Assembly: GCA_964566505.1 (NCBI GenBank)
Contig: CAZMIM010000001.1
Span: 199,690-263,689, forward strand
Length of the DNA: 64,000 nucleotides
Direction: 5' to 3'
Origin: an uncultured Candidatus Saccharibacteria bacterium
GTDB lineage: Bacteria > Patescibacteriota > Minisyncoccia > Phycocordibacterales > PCTT01
Part shown: piece by piece, positions 10,298 to 20,737 of the stretch
How positions within the stretch are numbered: position 1 is the stretch's first letter
Layout: every line of letters starts with the position of its first letter
The notes under the pieces: model-generated
Database searches by the model: none
Told to the model about the DNA's origin: nothing
The model's input: only the letters and a program-made list of their open reading frames with translations
Made by a program: the position numbers and the translations under genes

Positions 10298-12154
10298 TTA
10301 TCGAACCTCAAAACCGTCTTGCGAGTTGAGAGTGTTTGTAACCTTATCCATAACCTCATTTACCTCACTGTCTGTAAGGGTTTTATCCATTGATTGAAAC
10401 ACCATTCGCAAACCATATGACACCCGTCCATCTTTTTTAAACTCATCAAATGGATACATATTTACCAGAAGATTGCTAGCATTTTCTCTAATAATATTTT
10501 CAAGCTCTTCTTGCGCCACTGACTCAGGCACCCACACTGCAATGTCTCGAAGTACAAAAGGATACTGTGAAATCTCTTTGTATTCTTTTCCATCAAAAGA
10601 AAGTTCTTCTAGGTCATCATAATTCTCTGGATCTGGAAGTTTTTCAAACAGCTCACTTAGATTCACTATCATGTTTTCTACCACCAGATCTATACCAAGA
10701 GCTTCTTTGAGTATTTCTGAGACATCTTCTGAAGCAATGAGTTCTACCCTCTCATCATCTTTTGAAAATACTGTTCCTATTTCAAATATTCTTACATTAT
10801 CTGTACCCAAAAGTGGTGCATTGTGTCTTGCGTGCTCAAGCGCTTTTTCAAAACCAATAGAAAGTGTTGGGCGAAGAAACCCTTTGTCTTGAGCCATCGG
10901 CTTTTGAAGCTCTATCTCTCCCTCATCCACAAATGAATATGTTGAAACTTCTGAAAAGCCTTCCCGTACCAAAATATCTTTGATTTTGTTTATCCAATAA
11001 AACTCTTTATGAATCTCCACCGGACCATGTCCTTCGTATGCTTTTTCTTCTTCTATATTTTGATATCCATATACGCGCGCAATCTCCTCTATCACATCCT
11101 CCTCAATATTTATATCCAGCCTATAAAGCGGTCCAGATACATCAAATACACCTGATTCTTTTTCTTCATATGAAAAATCAAGTCTTTCAAATATGTTTTT
11201 AATCTCATCTATAGAAATATTTGTACCAAGTAATTTGTTTACACGCTCATGTCGTACACGAACTACTACTTTTTCTTGAGTATTAGGATATTCATCCAAA
11301 ACATCAGACAAAACCTCGCCACCAGCGAAATCTCTGATTAGCTTTGAAGCACGATTTGAAGCTTCGATGGCAAGCATGGGTGAAATACCTTTCTCAAACC
11401 GAGAAGATGCATCTGTACGAAGACCAAGAGTTTTTGATGTTTTTCGAATATTTTCTGCATCAAAGTTACAAACAGACAAAACAATAGTATGCGTATTCTC
11501 ATCAATACCAGAAACACTTCCTCCTTTTATGCCAGCGATATCAAGAGCCTTCTCATCGTCTGCAATCACCACCATGTCTTTAATAAGAGAAAATGTATTT
11601 CCATCAAGCGTCTCTATTTCTTCTCCATCTTTTGCCGTACGAATTGAAATATTTTTTACACCATCACCTGCAATTTTTTCATAATCAAATGCATGAACAG
11701 GCTGACCAAACTCATACATTACAAAGTTTGTAATATCTACAATGTTGTTAATGGAACGCTGTCCCATAGTCTCAAGACGCTCTACAAGCCATTCTGGTGA
11801 AGGCCCTACTTTTACATTTCGTATCACACGCTTTGTGGCACGTGGTACAAGAGTGCTGTCTTCTACAGAAAGTGCGAGCATGTCTTTTGACTGAAAGTCA
11901 GTAGTCTCTACCTCCGTATCAACCATCTTAAATGGCAAATTAAAAATAAGTGCTACTTCTCCTGCCATTCCTAAATAAGAAAGTGCATCATGCGCTCTGT
12001 TAGGAAGCACATCAATATCAATAATCGCATCTCCGTCTTTCTCCTCAAATCCTTCTACTTCAAATGAGTGAAGTCCTATTTGTTCCGCTATATCTTCTGT
12101 TTTTGGCATCTCACCATCTATGTATTGTGAGAGCCAGTCCTTTGAGAACAACAT
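10298..12154 (-). CDS. pheT: phenylalanine--tRNA ligase beta subunit (short form)
   Basis: B3/4 and B5 domain signatures; immediately downstream of pheS. Confidence 0.88.
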   Translation of the reverse strand: MLFSKDWLSQYIDGEMPKTEDIAEQIGLHSFEVEGFEEKDGDAIIDIDVLPNRAHDALSYLGMAGEVALIFNLPFKMVDTEVETTDFQSKDMLALSVEDSTLVPRATKRVIRNVKVGPSPEWLVERLETMGQRSINNIVDITNFVMYEFGQPVHAFDYEKIAGDGVKNISIRTAKDGEEIETLDGNTFSLIKDMVVIADDEKALDIAGIKGGSVSGIDENTHTIVLSVCNFDAENIRKTSKTLGLRTDASSRFEKGISPMLAIEASNRASKLIRDFAGGEVLSDVLDEYPNTQEKVVVRVRHERVNKLLGTNISIDEIKNIFERLDFSYEEKESGVFDVSGPLYRLDINIEEDVIEEIARVYGYQNIEEEKAYEGHGPVEIHKEFYWINKIKDILVREGFSEVSTYSFVDEGEIELQKPMAQDKGFLRPTLSIGFEKALEHARHNAPLLGTDNVRIFEIGTVFSKDDERVELIASEDVSEILKEALGIDLVVENMIVNLSELFEKLPDPENYDDLEELSFDGKEYKEISQYPFVLRDIAVWVPESVAQEELENIIRENASNLLVNMYPFDEFKKDGRVSYGLRMVFQSMDKTLTDSEVNEVMDKVTNTLNSQDGFEVR

Positions 12155-12156
12155 AT

Positions 12157-12882
12157 TTAAAATTGATTAGTTATACGCACATCTCCTTGGTAGAGAATAC
12201 GAACATCTGGAATACCTGTTTTAAGCATCACAAGCCTATCGATACCAACACCAAATGCAAACCCTTGGTATTTTTCTGAATCAATACCTACAGCCTCAAG
12301 TACTTTTGGATGTACCATTCCAGCTCCCATTATCTCAATCCAGGGATTGCCCTTACTTGAACCCTTTTGACCTTCTGGTCGTCTCATATCAAGCTCTACA
12401 CCCGGTTCTACAAACGGAAAGTATCCAGGACGCATACGTACGTCCATTTCTTCTCCATAAAACTCTGAGAGAAATTTCTTTAGTACTCCACGAAGTGTAG
12501 CAAGAGAAACATTCTCACCAATCATCAAACCTTCGAGCTGATTAAACTGTGCTTCATGTGTAGCGTCTGTTGCTTCATATCGAAAAACCTTTCCAGGAGC
12601 AATAATGGCAAATGGAGGTTTGTGATTTTCCATAAACCTAATTTGTACAGGAGATGTATGAGTACGAAGTAGTTGTCCAAGCTTATTTTCCTTAAGCCAA
12701 AATGTATCCCACATGTCACGCGCCGGGTGATTCTCAGGAATATTTAGAGCATCAAAATTATAATGTTCTGTCTCTATTTGTGGACCTGATGCGATATCAA
12801 ATCCCATATCAGAAAAGATTCTATTAATCTCTCGGATAGCAGTAGTAATAGGATGATGGTGTCCTTTAGGTTTTTCTTTCAT
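12157..12882 (-). CDS. pheS: phenylalanine--tRNA ligase alpha subunit (catalytic core only)
   Basis: Class II aaRS motifs FRYEATDATHEAQFNQLEG and GAGMVHPKVLEAVG. Confidence 0.9.
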   Translation of the reverse strand: MKEKPKGHHHPITTAIREINRIFSDMGFDIASGPQIETEHYNFDALNIPENHPARDMWDTFWLKENKLGQLLRTHTSPVQIRFMENHKPPFAIIAPGKVFRYEATDATHEAQFNQLEGLMIGENVSLATLRGVLKKFLSEFYGEEMDVRMRPGYFPFVEPGVELDMRRPEGQKGSSKGNPWIEIMGAGMVHPKVLEAVGIDSEKYQGFAFGVGIDRLVMLKTGIPDVRILYQGDVRITNQF

Positions 12883-12927
12883 ATATAGGGCTTATTCTAG
12901 CTGAAATGTAGCGTAAATACAAAAATA

Positions 12928-13227
12928 TCAACCAGCTAAAAAATGTAAGATCTTTGGAACAACTTCACCAAAAATAAAATTAAATCGTTGTCCCAAATAA
13001 GGAAAAACATTAGTATCCAAAAAAGAAAGTAATAAATCTCCTATATTGGTTTTGTATATAACCCAAAAAATAAATATAGAAACTATGGACAATCTATATT
13101 GTTGCAACCATAAAGGTTGTTTAAATATATATTTCCTAGAACCTATACTTATCACTCTTTCCTCACCAAAATTTTTTAACAACCATTTTTTTGAATTTTC
13201 ACCAAAAAGTCCATCTTTATTAAACAT
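12928..13227 (-). CDS. hypothetical protein
   Basis: 99-aa ORF in an AT-rich region; no domain recognised. Confidence 0.3.
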   Translation of the reverse strand: MFNKDGLFGENSKKWLLKNFGEERVISIGSRKYIFKQPLWLQQYRLSIVSIFIFWVIYKTNIGDLLLSFLDTNVFPYLGQRFNFIFGEVVPKILHFLAG

Positions 13228-13242
13228 TATAAATAAAGTATT

Positions 13243-13749
13243 TTAATTTATATATTTTTTACTTACAGAATAAAAAACAAATATACCTAATATGGTAAAT
13301 ATTGATTCTATAACCCAAAGTATTGTAGTGCCTGTTATTAGTATTCCCAAAAATCCAAACGCGATAGAGAAGAGCCCAAATACGGCCATAATTGATGTAG
13401 ATACTGTTACAACTTTTTTAGCATTAGAGATATAATATCTTCCCATAATCCACTTTGCTGAGTAGATTACTCCACCCCAAATTATCAGCACTCCAATAAT
13501 TCCCATGAAAATACTTGCAAATAATGAAGATTGATTGAATATTTCCAATAGATTGAATATGTACCCCAAAAAAATTCCTGCAATAATAGGAACAACAAAC
13601 CCAGAAGTTAAAAAATGGGTAATTCCTACATACCAGCCTCTTGCTTGTTTTAATTCTTTCATATTATAAACGTTTTTATTTTTATAAACTTTTACAAACT
13701 TAAGTATAACAAAAATATCCCCCCAACGGGGGATATTTTCTTGAGCCAC
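13243..13749 (-). CDS. hypothetical integral membrane protein
   Basis: 168 aa, about 4 TM helices. Confidence 0.4.
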   Translation of the reverse strand: MAQENIPRWGDIFVILKFVKVYKNKNVYNMKELKQARGWYVGITHFLTSGFVVPIIAGIFLGYIFNLLEIFNQSSLFASIFMGIIGVLIIWGGVIYSAKWIMGRYYISNAKKVVTVSTSIMAVFGLFSIAFGFLGILITGTTILWVIESIFTILGIFVFYSVSKKYIN

Positions 13750-13817
13750 CGGTCGGGTTCGAACCGACGACCTGCCGATTACAAGTCGGCTGCTCTAGCC
13801 AACTGAGCTACGGTGGC
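13744..13817 (-). tRNA. tRNA-Thr (anticodon UGU)
   Basis: Cloverleaf GCCACCG/CGGUGGC acceptor, D-arm GCUCAGUUGGCUAGAGC, anticodon loop CUUGUAA, T-arm GUCGGUUCGAACCCGAC; CCA not encoded. Confidence 0.85.
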
Positions 13818-13861
13818 ATTTAGGAGACCTTATTAAACTACAAAACGATATTTTTTACAAC

Positions 13862-14260
13862 CTATGCGTTCCAGTCAATCTCTCCTCCTTGTGTATCACG
13901 CTTGTGTTTCTCTATATCTTCAAGAAAGTCAGAGCGTTTATTTCCTCGTGCAAGTGTTCTTTCACCTTTGATAAAACGAGACATCTTGCTATCCCCATTA
14001 TTTATTTTTTGATATACACCTTGAGTTGTTCGTACCACAGAATCCTTGATAGCTTTTGTGGCTCGATGCATTTTTTGCGAGTCCATATCAGTCATATGCT
14101 CTCCAATGTGATTGCGCAAATATGTTGCAGAAGAGTCCATTGAGTCCATAAACCCCTTAGGATATACAGAAGCACCCGTTTTCATGTGACGCATCTTAAA
14201 AGCAAACACAAGAATGAGTCCTAGAAGCGCAATCGCGAAAAATATAATGAGTGAAATCAT
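13862..14260 (-). CDS. hypothetical protein with N-terminal TM helix
   Basis: 132-aa ORF, single TM, basic C-terminus. Confidence 0.4.
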   Translation of the reverse strand: MISLIIFFAIALLGLILVFAFKMRHMKTGASVYPKGFMDSMDSSATYLRNHIGEHMTDMDSQKMHRATKAIKDSVVRTTQGVYQKINNGDSKMSRFIKGERTLARGNKRSDFLEDIEKHKRDTQGGEIDWNA

Positions 14261-14266
14261 GATAGA

Positions 14267-14854
14267 TTATGCCCCCACAGCAAATCGTGAGTAGCGAACA
14301 ATTTGGGTGTTTTCTCCAAATTTTTGAACAGCTGCTTTTACAAGATCATCGATTGTCTTGTCGCCGTCTTTGATAAATGTCTGATTCAATAGAACTTTGT
14401 CTTTGAAGTATGAATCCATTTTACCTTGAAGAATCTGTTCTTGCATTTCAGCTGGCTTGTCTTCTACCTCTTTTTTAAATACCTCAAGAGCTGCTTCTTT
14501 ATCAGCATCTGTAATATCTTCTGAAGCCAGGAATTGTGGGTTCATTGCTGCTACATGCATTGCAATATCTCGAGCAAATGCCTGAAACTCTTCATTTTTT
14601 GATACAAAGTCTGTCTCACATGCAATCTCTACCATTGCTCCTACACTTCCTCCTGCGTGAATGTATGAAGCCACAGTACCAGCCTTTAGAGTTCGGTCGC
14701 TCTTCTTCTCTGCAGTTGCTCCACTTCGCTTTTGCAAAATCACAACAGCCTGCTTGAAATCTCCCCCAGCCTCTTCAAGCGCTTTTTTACACTGCATAAT
14801 AGAGATGCCTGTTTCATCTCTAAGTTTCTTTACGTCTTCTGTGGTGATAGTCAT
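14267..14854 (-). CDS. tsf: translation elongation factor Ts (short form)
   Basis: N-terminal UBA-like motif ITTEDVKKLRDETGISIMQCKKALEEAGGD; operon with rpsB. Confidence 0.9.
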   Translation of the reverse strand: MTITTEDVKKLRDETGISIMQCKKALEEAGGDFKQAVVILQKRSGATAEKKSDRTLKAGTVASYIHAGGSVGAMVEIACETDFVSKNEEFQAFARDIAMHVAAMNPQFLASEDITDADKEAALEVFKKEVEDKPAEMQEQILQGKMDSYFKDKVLLNQTFIKDGDKTIDDLVKAAVQKFGENTQIVRYSRFAVGA

Positions 14855-14936
14855 GATAATTAGTTTAGAAAATTACTAAAAAGTAATTACGTTTAATTTA
14901 CAATGTTATATTCTAGCAAAAAATAATACAGCTGTA

Positions 14937-15656
14937 TTATTTCTTTGCGTTTTTGTATGCGTCTACAATCTCCCCAAGGAAGAATGAAATACTTTGCTTT
15001 GTTGAGTCGTTTCCTGGAATCACAACATCTGCTTTTGAATAATCACAGTCGTTGTTAGAAAGTGCAATAACTGGAATACCAAGTCGCTTTGCTTCAGCTG
15101 CTGCGATTGACTCCTTGTTTACATCAACAATAAATAGAGCTGCTGGACGAGTCTTCATATCAACAATTCCTCCAAACTTCTCCTCGAGTGTCTGGATTTC
15201 ACGAGTAAGAAGTAGTTGCTCCTTTTTAGTATATTTATCAAGCTCTCCTCGCTCTTGCTTTTCTTTCAGATCAATAAGCTTCTCTGCTCGCTTTTTAATC
15301 ATTTCAAAGTTTGTAAGAGTTCCTCCAATCCAACGCCTGATTACATATGGTTGTGAGATTGACTCTGCTGAATCAACAATTGCTTTTTGTGCCTCGTTTT
15401 TACTTGAAACAAAAAGAATTTGCTTTCCACCAGCTGCAAGCTCTGACACAAACTTCTTTGCGTACAAAAGTGCTTGGCTTGTTTTTTCAAGATCAAAAAT
15501 CTGTGTATTGCTCTTGTTTCCAAAGATAAAAGCCTCTGACGACGGGTGTCGCTTTGACTTTGAGTATCCGTAGTGCGCACCAACCTCAAACATACGCTCA
15601 ATAAGCGCTTGTTGATCTTTTGAAACAGCTGGTGTCTGTGTATTACTATCTGTCAT
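14937..15656 (-). CDS. rpsB: 30S ribosomal protein S2
   Basis: FEVGAHYGYSKSKRHPS and IPVIALSNNDCD motifs. Confidence 0.93.
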   Translation of the reverse strand: MTDSNTQTPAVSKDQQALIERMFEVGAHYGYSKSKRHPSSEAFIFGNKSNTQIFDLEKTSQALLYAKKFVSELAAGGKQILFVSSKNEAQKAIVDSAESISQPYVIRRWIGGTLTNFEMIKKRAEKLIDLKEKQERGELDKYTKKEQLLLTREIQTLEEKFGGIVDMKTRPAALFIVDVNKESIAAAEAKRLGIPVIALSNNDCDYSKADVVIPGNDSTKQSISFFLGEIVDAYKNAKK

Positions 15657-15797
15657 TTCAATAAATTATTGTGAGTAATTAAATCATCACTCTGTGTGAT
15701 ATTTATACGCTAATACTGTCCGTATCGGCTGATACGGAAATAGAGTCCGTATGCCGAAGTAGAGTACCAAAAAACCCCATTTTTGGCAAGATTTACC

Positions 15798-16805
15798 TTA
15801 TTCCTCCCTTGAGTCAGCCTCTTGAAGTGCTTCTATAATATCTTCAATGTTTCCAGCCAAAATACCCTCAAGATTGTGCCATGACTCTTTTATACGGTGG
15901 TCAGTAACGCGATCCTGCAAAACATTGTATGTTCGTATCTTTTCACTTCTATCTCCTGTACCTACTTGTGATGCGCGCCTTTCTGAATATTTCTTTGCCT
16001 CTTCCTCTTCCTTCATTGCTTGGAGTCGTGCAGCAATAATACTCTTTGCTTTTTCTCGGTTTTTAGCCTGTGAGCGCTCTGCGGTAACCCGAACAGACAT
16101 ACCAGTAGGTTTATGTGTCATGCGTACTGCTGTTTCTACCTTGTTTACGTTTTGTCCTCCTTTTCCTCCTGAGCGTGAAAATTCAACTTCCAAATCGGCG
16201 TCATTTAGCTCTACATTTACCTTTTTGCGCATTGGCAAAATTGCAACTGAAGCAGTAGATGTATGAATACGTCCTGATTTTTCTGTTGCGGGCACACGCT
16301 GAACACGGTGAACACCTGTTTCAAATCGCAGGTTCTTGTATGCGTCTTGTCCTTTTATTTCAAAGCTTGCTTCTTTATATCCACCAAACGAGCTTGATGA
16401 ATCATCGTTTGGCGTAAAGCTCCACCCCATCTTCTGTGCATATTTCTCATACATCAAAGCCAGATCTTGTGCAAAAATAGCAGCCTCTTCACCACCTGCG
16501 CCAGCGCGTACTTCTAGAATAATGTGGTTTGGAGATTGCTCCTCCTCTTCTTCTACCTTTTGTATTTCTTCTATTTGAGTGAGTATTGCGTCAAACTGTG
16601 TTTGTATTGTTTTTCTCTCTTCTTGAGCAAGAGCCTCCATTGAAGGATCTTTTTCTATCATTGCCTCAAGCTCTTCTTTCTCAGCAGAAAGTCGCTCAAG
16701 CTCTGTCGCTAGAAAGCTTGTTTTTGGATTTTCTTTTAGCTCTTGTAGATTAAGGTCTTCCATAGAATTTATAGTATCACGATTAGCACAAAGACCAGCA
16801 CACAT
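15798..16805 (-). CDS. prfA: peptide chain release factor 1
   Basis: GGQ motif (SGGKGGQNVNKVETAVRMTHKPTG) and RF1-type PxT tripeptide (PAT). The true start is probably the internal Met (MEDLNLQEL) near 16761. Confidence 0.88.
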   Translation of the reverse strand: MCAGLCANRDTINSMEDLNLQELKENPKTSFLATELERLSAEKEELEAMIEKDPSMEALAQEERKTIQTQFDAILTQIEEIQKVEEEEEQSPNHIILEVRAGAGGEEAAIFAQDLALMYEKYAQKMGWSFTPNDDSSSSFGGYKEASFEIKGQDAYKNLRFETGVHRVQRVPATEKSGRIHTSTASVAILPMRKKVNVELNDADLEVEFSRSGGKGGQNVNKVETAVRMTHKPTGMSVRVTAERSQAKNREKAKSIIAARLQAMKEEEEAKKYSERRASQVGTGDRSEKIRTYNVLQDRVTDHRIKESWHNLEGILAGNIEDIIEALQEADSREE

Positions 16806-16835
16806 ATGGTGCTGGTCTCTTGTATATGTCTGTAG

Positions 16836-17096
16836 TTATTTTCCAGACCCTGCCTTTTTTGCTCGTGCTTTGAACTTCTCCACACGACCTGCTGTGTCAA
16901 CAATAGTCTCTTTTCCTGTGTAAAACGGGTGAGATGCGCTTGAGATTTCTACTGTATATAGAGGATATTCTTTTCCATCTTTATATTTTGCAGTTTTCTC
17001 TGTCTCTACTGTTGAATATACCAAAAAGTCCTCGCCACTAGTGTTGTCGCGAAAGATTACTTGTCTGTGATTTTCTGGATGAATATCTTTTTTCAT
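16836..17096 (-). CDS. rpmE: 50S ribosomal protein L31
   Basis: [17 protein letters not shown]...HPFYTGK signature. Confidence 0.88.
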   Translation of the reverse strand: MKKDIHPENHRQVIFRDNTSGEDFLVYSTVETEKTAKYKDGKEYPLYTVEISSASHPFYTGKETIVDTAGRVEKFKARAKKAGSGK

Positions 17097-17184
17097 GAGG
17101 GGTAGAGTACCATTTTATTTTCCATAAAACAAGAGAAAACCTCTAATACATAGTATTAGAGGTTTTACTGAGGGTTTTCTCGAT

Positions 17185-17496
17185 TCATGGAATCAAGCCT
17201 ATTTGAACGCCAGCTTGGGTTTTTTTGTGCTCGACACACATAACAAGCTTTTCATTAGGCTCAATCAAACAAGCTCCGTGTTTCTCTTTCAAAAATCCAG
17301 CTATAAGCTCGTAAGATCTATCTACCCCTACATAATTGACTCCTTCTTTTGAGTTCTTCCTCAGAAGCTTATTGAGTCCATCACCAACTCGTTTAAGCTG
17401 AGGTTTTGTAAGAGGTCTTGGAAATTTCACTAAAAGTTTCCTGACATTTCCGTCAGAAACTCTTCGAAGTTCTATTTCTATTATTTTTATGTTCAT
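17185..17496 (-). CDS. hypothetical protein
   Basis: 103 aa, basic; no domain recognised. Confidence 0.35.
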   Translation of the reverse strand: MNIKIIEIELRRVSDGNVRKLLVKFPRPLTKPQLKRVGDGLNKLLRKNSKEGVNYVGVDRSYELIAGFLKEKHGACLIEPNEKLVMCVEHKKTQAGVQIGLIP

Positions 17497-17560
17497 AATA
17501 CACCTCCGTGTGTATTTCTTATTCCAAAGGCATACTACTTGGACAAAACTGAGTCGTCAA

Positions 17561-18910
17561 CTAACTTCTATTTAGAATATCAATAAGTCCTTGGTATTTT
17601 GCTGCGAGCTCCATCACGCCATCACCATAGAATGCATATGCAGGCTTGTTGGCATTTCCCCATCCAGCAAAGTATCGTAGCGCTGCTAGTCGCTCTGAAG
17701 CCCAAGTACCTTTGTCTGCTCCGTTATCTGCAAGTAGGTTTGCTGATGCCATAAATGCAGTTTGTGGATCCCAAGGATTTGAAGGGGCGTTGTTTCCAAG
17801 AAGCTTTCTAATGTAGTCTTTGTTTTGTTTATACACCCATTCTCCATTTGAGTTCTTTTCATATCCGCCATAATGAACCCATGTTGAAGGAATAAACTGA
17901 GCAGGACCCATAGCACCACCCCATCCATACCATGGCTTTTTAGATACTGGCAACTGATCTGGATCAAGACCAAGTGTTCGTGCAATCACCTCAAATACAG
18001 GCCTGTCGCGTGTTGGGTGCATATCAGTACGCCAGTTTCCTGTTCCTACATTTGCACCAAGGTTAGACTCTTGTGCAATCACTCCAAGAATAAATGCTGG
18101 CCGTACACCTGTTTGTTTTGATGCAAAGTTTGCATACTCAAGCGCCTTTTCAAAAGGAATTGCACTTGAACCACGCAAAGAGAAGAGTTCTGAGCGAATC
18201 TGTGCTGCGCTCTTTTCTTTTTCATTTAAAATCTGTTGATACACTGCCTCTACTCCCTTAGTGATCTCAAGCAGTTGTTGTTTTTCATCTTCTCTCTCTT
18301 CTATTTTTCGTTTCTCGAGAATCTGAATAGAACGAAGCTCTTGCTCCTCTTCTCTTTTGTTTTCAAGTGAAAGTTTTTGAGTTTGTGTATTCTCTTTTGC
18401 AACCTCAATTTCTTCAAAGGAATCCTGAAGACCCTCTTCTATAGCAGAAAATGAATCAAAGTCTTCAAAGAAATCAGATAGATTTTTGTTGCCCAAAACC
18501 ATCTCTACAAGTGAGAGTGAGTCGGTTTCGTATCTCTTACGTAAAAGCTGTGCAAGCGATCTCTTTTCACGCTCAAGCTCTGCGGAAAGGGATTCTATTG
18601 TTCCTTGTTTGCCTACAATATCGTTTGTGAGATTTCTGATTGTTAGGTCACGTGCCTGAATAGCAAGCTGTGACTTTCTAATCTGTGCAGTCAAAATAGC
18701 AACATCACGCTCAAGAGATTGTGTTTCTTCTCGTTTACCATTGAGAATTGCTTCTTGTTGTGCAATTTCTTCTTCAAGAACATCAAGCTCTCTTTGAAGC
18801 TCTGCTCGCCTTGCATCCACTTGAGAGCTTGCTTGTGCATGCACGTCATAAACCCCCAAACAAAATGCGGTGAGAAAAAAATATCCGAGCAATAATACTC
18901 GCGTCTTCAT
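17561..18910 (-). CDS. secreted coiled-coil protein with C-terminal lysozyme-like (lytic transglycosylase / SLT-like) domain
   Basis: Signal peptide; about 250 aa of heptad-rich coiled coil; C-terminal GVIAQESNLG ... GAMGPAQFIPSTW resembling the SLT catalytic motif. Confidence 0.55.
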   Translation of the reverse strand: MKTRVLLLGYFFLTAFCLGVYDVHAQASSQVDARRAELQRELDVLEEEIAQQEAILNGKREETQSLERDVAILTAQIRKSQLAIQARDLTIRNLTNDIVGKQGTIESLSAELEREKRSLAQLLRKRYETDSLSLVEMVLGNKNLSDFFEDFDSFSAIEEGLQDSFEEIEVAKENTQTQKLSLENKREEEQELRSIQILEKRKIEEREDEKQQLLEITKGVEAVYQQILNEKEKSAAQIRSELFSLRGSSAIPFEKALEYANFASKQTGVRPAFILGVIAQESNLGANVGTGNWRTDMHPTRDRPVFEVIARTLGLDPDQLPVSKKPWYGWGGAMGPAQFIPSTWVHYGGYEKNSNGEWVYKQNKDYIRKLLGNNAPSNPWDPQTAFMASANLLADNGADKGTWASERLAALRYFAGWGNANKPAYAFYGDGVMELAAKYQGLIDILNRS

Positions 18911-18960
18911 ATCTGTATTATACCAAAAATAAAAAATGCGACCGAGAGGGTCGCATTCGA

Positions 18961-19623
18961 TTATTCTTCTTTGGGAGCTTCCTCTTTTGGAGCCTCGTCT
19001 GAAGCACTTTCCTCCTTTCCTTTTTCTTCAACTTCGATTGAATCAAAGTCTACTTCTTCTGGTTCCTCTGGCTCTTCAATCTCTTTTGCCTCTGTTGCTA
19101 GAACAATCACATCTTCTGGATCAGCTGTTGGCTCAACTTCATCGCCAAATGAAATATCTGAGATAGTGATTTTATCATCAATTTTTTCAAGAGATGAAAC
19201 ATCTACCACGATTTCATGTGGGAGCTTTGTTGCAGGGGCCTCAACTTCAATTTCATGAAGTACTTTAACCAAAACTGCTCCTTCTTTTTCTGCCGGTGCT
19301 TCTCCAGTAAATTCTACTGGGATTGTAACTGTTACCTTTTGACCCTTCTCAAGTGCGTAGAAATCTACATGAACTGGCTCATCTGAGACTGGGTGAATAT
19401 CTACACGGTGAATAAGCACTTCGTGATCTTCTTTTCCATCATTGAGTGAAATCACTGTAGACTCTCCAGCTTCTTTGTATACCTTCTTAAAATCTGAGAT
19501 TTGTACTGAAATAGGAGTTGATTCAGTCTTTTTTCCATAAACAACAGCGGGAAGAACGCCTTCTCCTCGAAGATTCTCTGTGTTGTCTTTAGTATTTCGC
19601 TGTGTTGCATTAAGCGTAATCAT
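18961..19623 (-). CDS. rplY: 50S ribosomal protein L25 / general stress protein Ctc, with acidic tail
   Basis: L25/Ctc N-terminal beta-barrel signature (RGEGVLPAVVYGK) and acidic C-terminal extension. Confidence 0.82.
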   Translation of the reverse strand: MITLNATQRNTKDNTENLRGEGVLPAVVYGKKTESTPISVQISDFKKVYKEAGESTVISLNDGKEDHEVLIHRVDIHPVSDEPVHVDFYALEKGQKVTVTIPVEFTGEAPAEKEGAVLVKVLHEIEVEAPATKLPHEIVVDVSSLEKIDDKITISDISFGDEVEPTADPEDVIVLATEAKEIEEPEEPEEVDFDSIEVEEKGKEESASDEAPKEEAPKEE

Positions 19624-19664
19624 GAAGGTCGATTATACAGACTTGAACACAAATTACAAGGGTA

Positions 19665-20534
19665 TTAAGCCTTTTTTGTACTAAATAGCTCTATTCTACG
19701 TTTTGAAACTTGTTCAAAGCCTGAAATTGCTTTTTGTGTGTATTTATATGGAGCAACCTCATCTGGTTTTTCATTTAATTCAGCCCGAAGTCCATCAGTA
19801 TATGCCTTTCTTAGCTCTGTGCTTATGTGGACCATGTGCATTCCTCCCTCTATAGCAGACACAAAATCTTCATCAGATAAGCCTGAGCCACCGTGAAGAA
19901 CAAGCGGAACATTTGTTTCTTGTGCTATTTCTCTTATTCTGTCTATATTCAAATTTGGATTCTGACCCCCCTTCAACATTCCATGGAGATTACCGACTGC
20001 AGGAGCAAACAAATCTACACCTGTTTCTTGTACAAACCTCACGGCGTCATTAACTGTAGTTAGTGAGTCATCAGTAATCTGAGCTCCTTCTGGTATTTCA
20101 TCAAGTAGTTTTGATGATGAGCCAATGTAGCCCATTTCTCCTTCTACCAAAATATCTCTTTTCTGTGCCCTCGCATACGAAACACACTCCTTTGCTATGC
20201 GAATATTGTCTTCAAGTGATTCTTTTGCTCCGTCATACACAACCATGTCATATCCTGCATCAATCGCTTCTACAACTCGCTCATATGAGTATGTGTGGTC
20301 AGCGTTTGAAAAAACAGAAACACCCTTTGATTGTGCATTTCTGATAATAGAAATGAAATTATCTACACATATATAGTCACGCTCACCTTCTGATGTTCCA
20401 ATCACAATGGGTGTTTTCATTTCTTGGGATAGACGCACCAATGCATTAACCATTTCAATATTTGAAACATTAAAATGAGCAAGTGCAATACCATTATTTC
20501 GTGCCTCACTAATATGTTCTCGCAGAGTTTTCAT
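19665..20534 (-). CDS. fba: class II fructose-bisphosphate aldolase
   Basis: ALAHFNVSNIEMVNA..., LVLHGGSG, GVDLFAPAVGNLHG motifs of class II aldolases; the ORF extends to 20576 but the start is probably MKTLREH. Confidence 0.88.
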   Translation of the reverse strand: MKTLREHISEARNNGIALAHFNVSNIEMVNALVRLSQEMKTPIVIGTSEGERDYICVDNFISIIRNAQSKGVSVFSNADHTYSYERVVEAIDAGYDMVVYDGAKESLEDNIRIAKECVSYARAQKRDILVEGEMGYIGSSSKLLDEIPEGAQITDDSLTTVNDAVRFVQETGVDLFAPAVGNLHGMLKGGQNPNLNIDRIREIAQETNVPLVLHGGSGLSDEDFVSAIEGGMHMVHISTELRKAYTDGLRAELNEKPDEVAPYKYTQKAISGFEQVSKRRIELFSTKKA

Positions 20535-20586
20535 ACACAATATTATATCATTTGTAAAAAATGTTTCGTGATACAATTTAATGTAT

Positions 20587-20737
20587 GAATCCCGTAGTAT
20601 AAATTAGTTCGTTGAAGTAGTGTTAACTACTTCAACAGAGATTAATTAGATATACTTACGGGAAATGAGAGATAGACTTGGTTGTGTCGAAACCAACTTG
20701 TCTAATTAATCAAACTAATTTTTTACTACGGGATGAA
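20587..20737 (+). mobile_element. MITE-like repeat copy A (~151 bp, about 24-bp terminal inverted repeats ATCCCGTAGTA[T/A]AAATTAGTT)
   Basis: Near-identical to 22795-22946 (inverted) and 32463-32613. Internal hairpins gttgaagtagtgttaactacttcaac and ttggtttcgacacaaccaa. The terminus ...tactacgggATGAA supplies or abuts the pfkB-family start codon. Confidence 0.7.

Noticed and set aside
15798-16805. Alternative genetic code (UGA recoding, as in Gracilibacteria/Absconditabacteria)
   Set aside because: Both RF1 (PAT motif) and RF2 (SPF motif) genes are present and intact, and ORF lengths are normal, consistent with the standard code 11.
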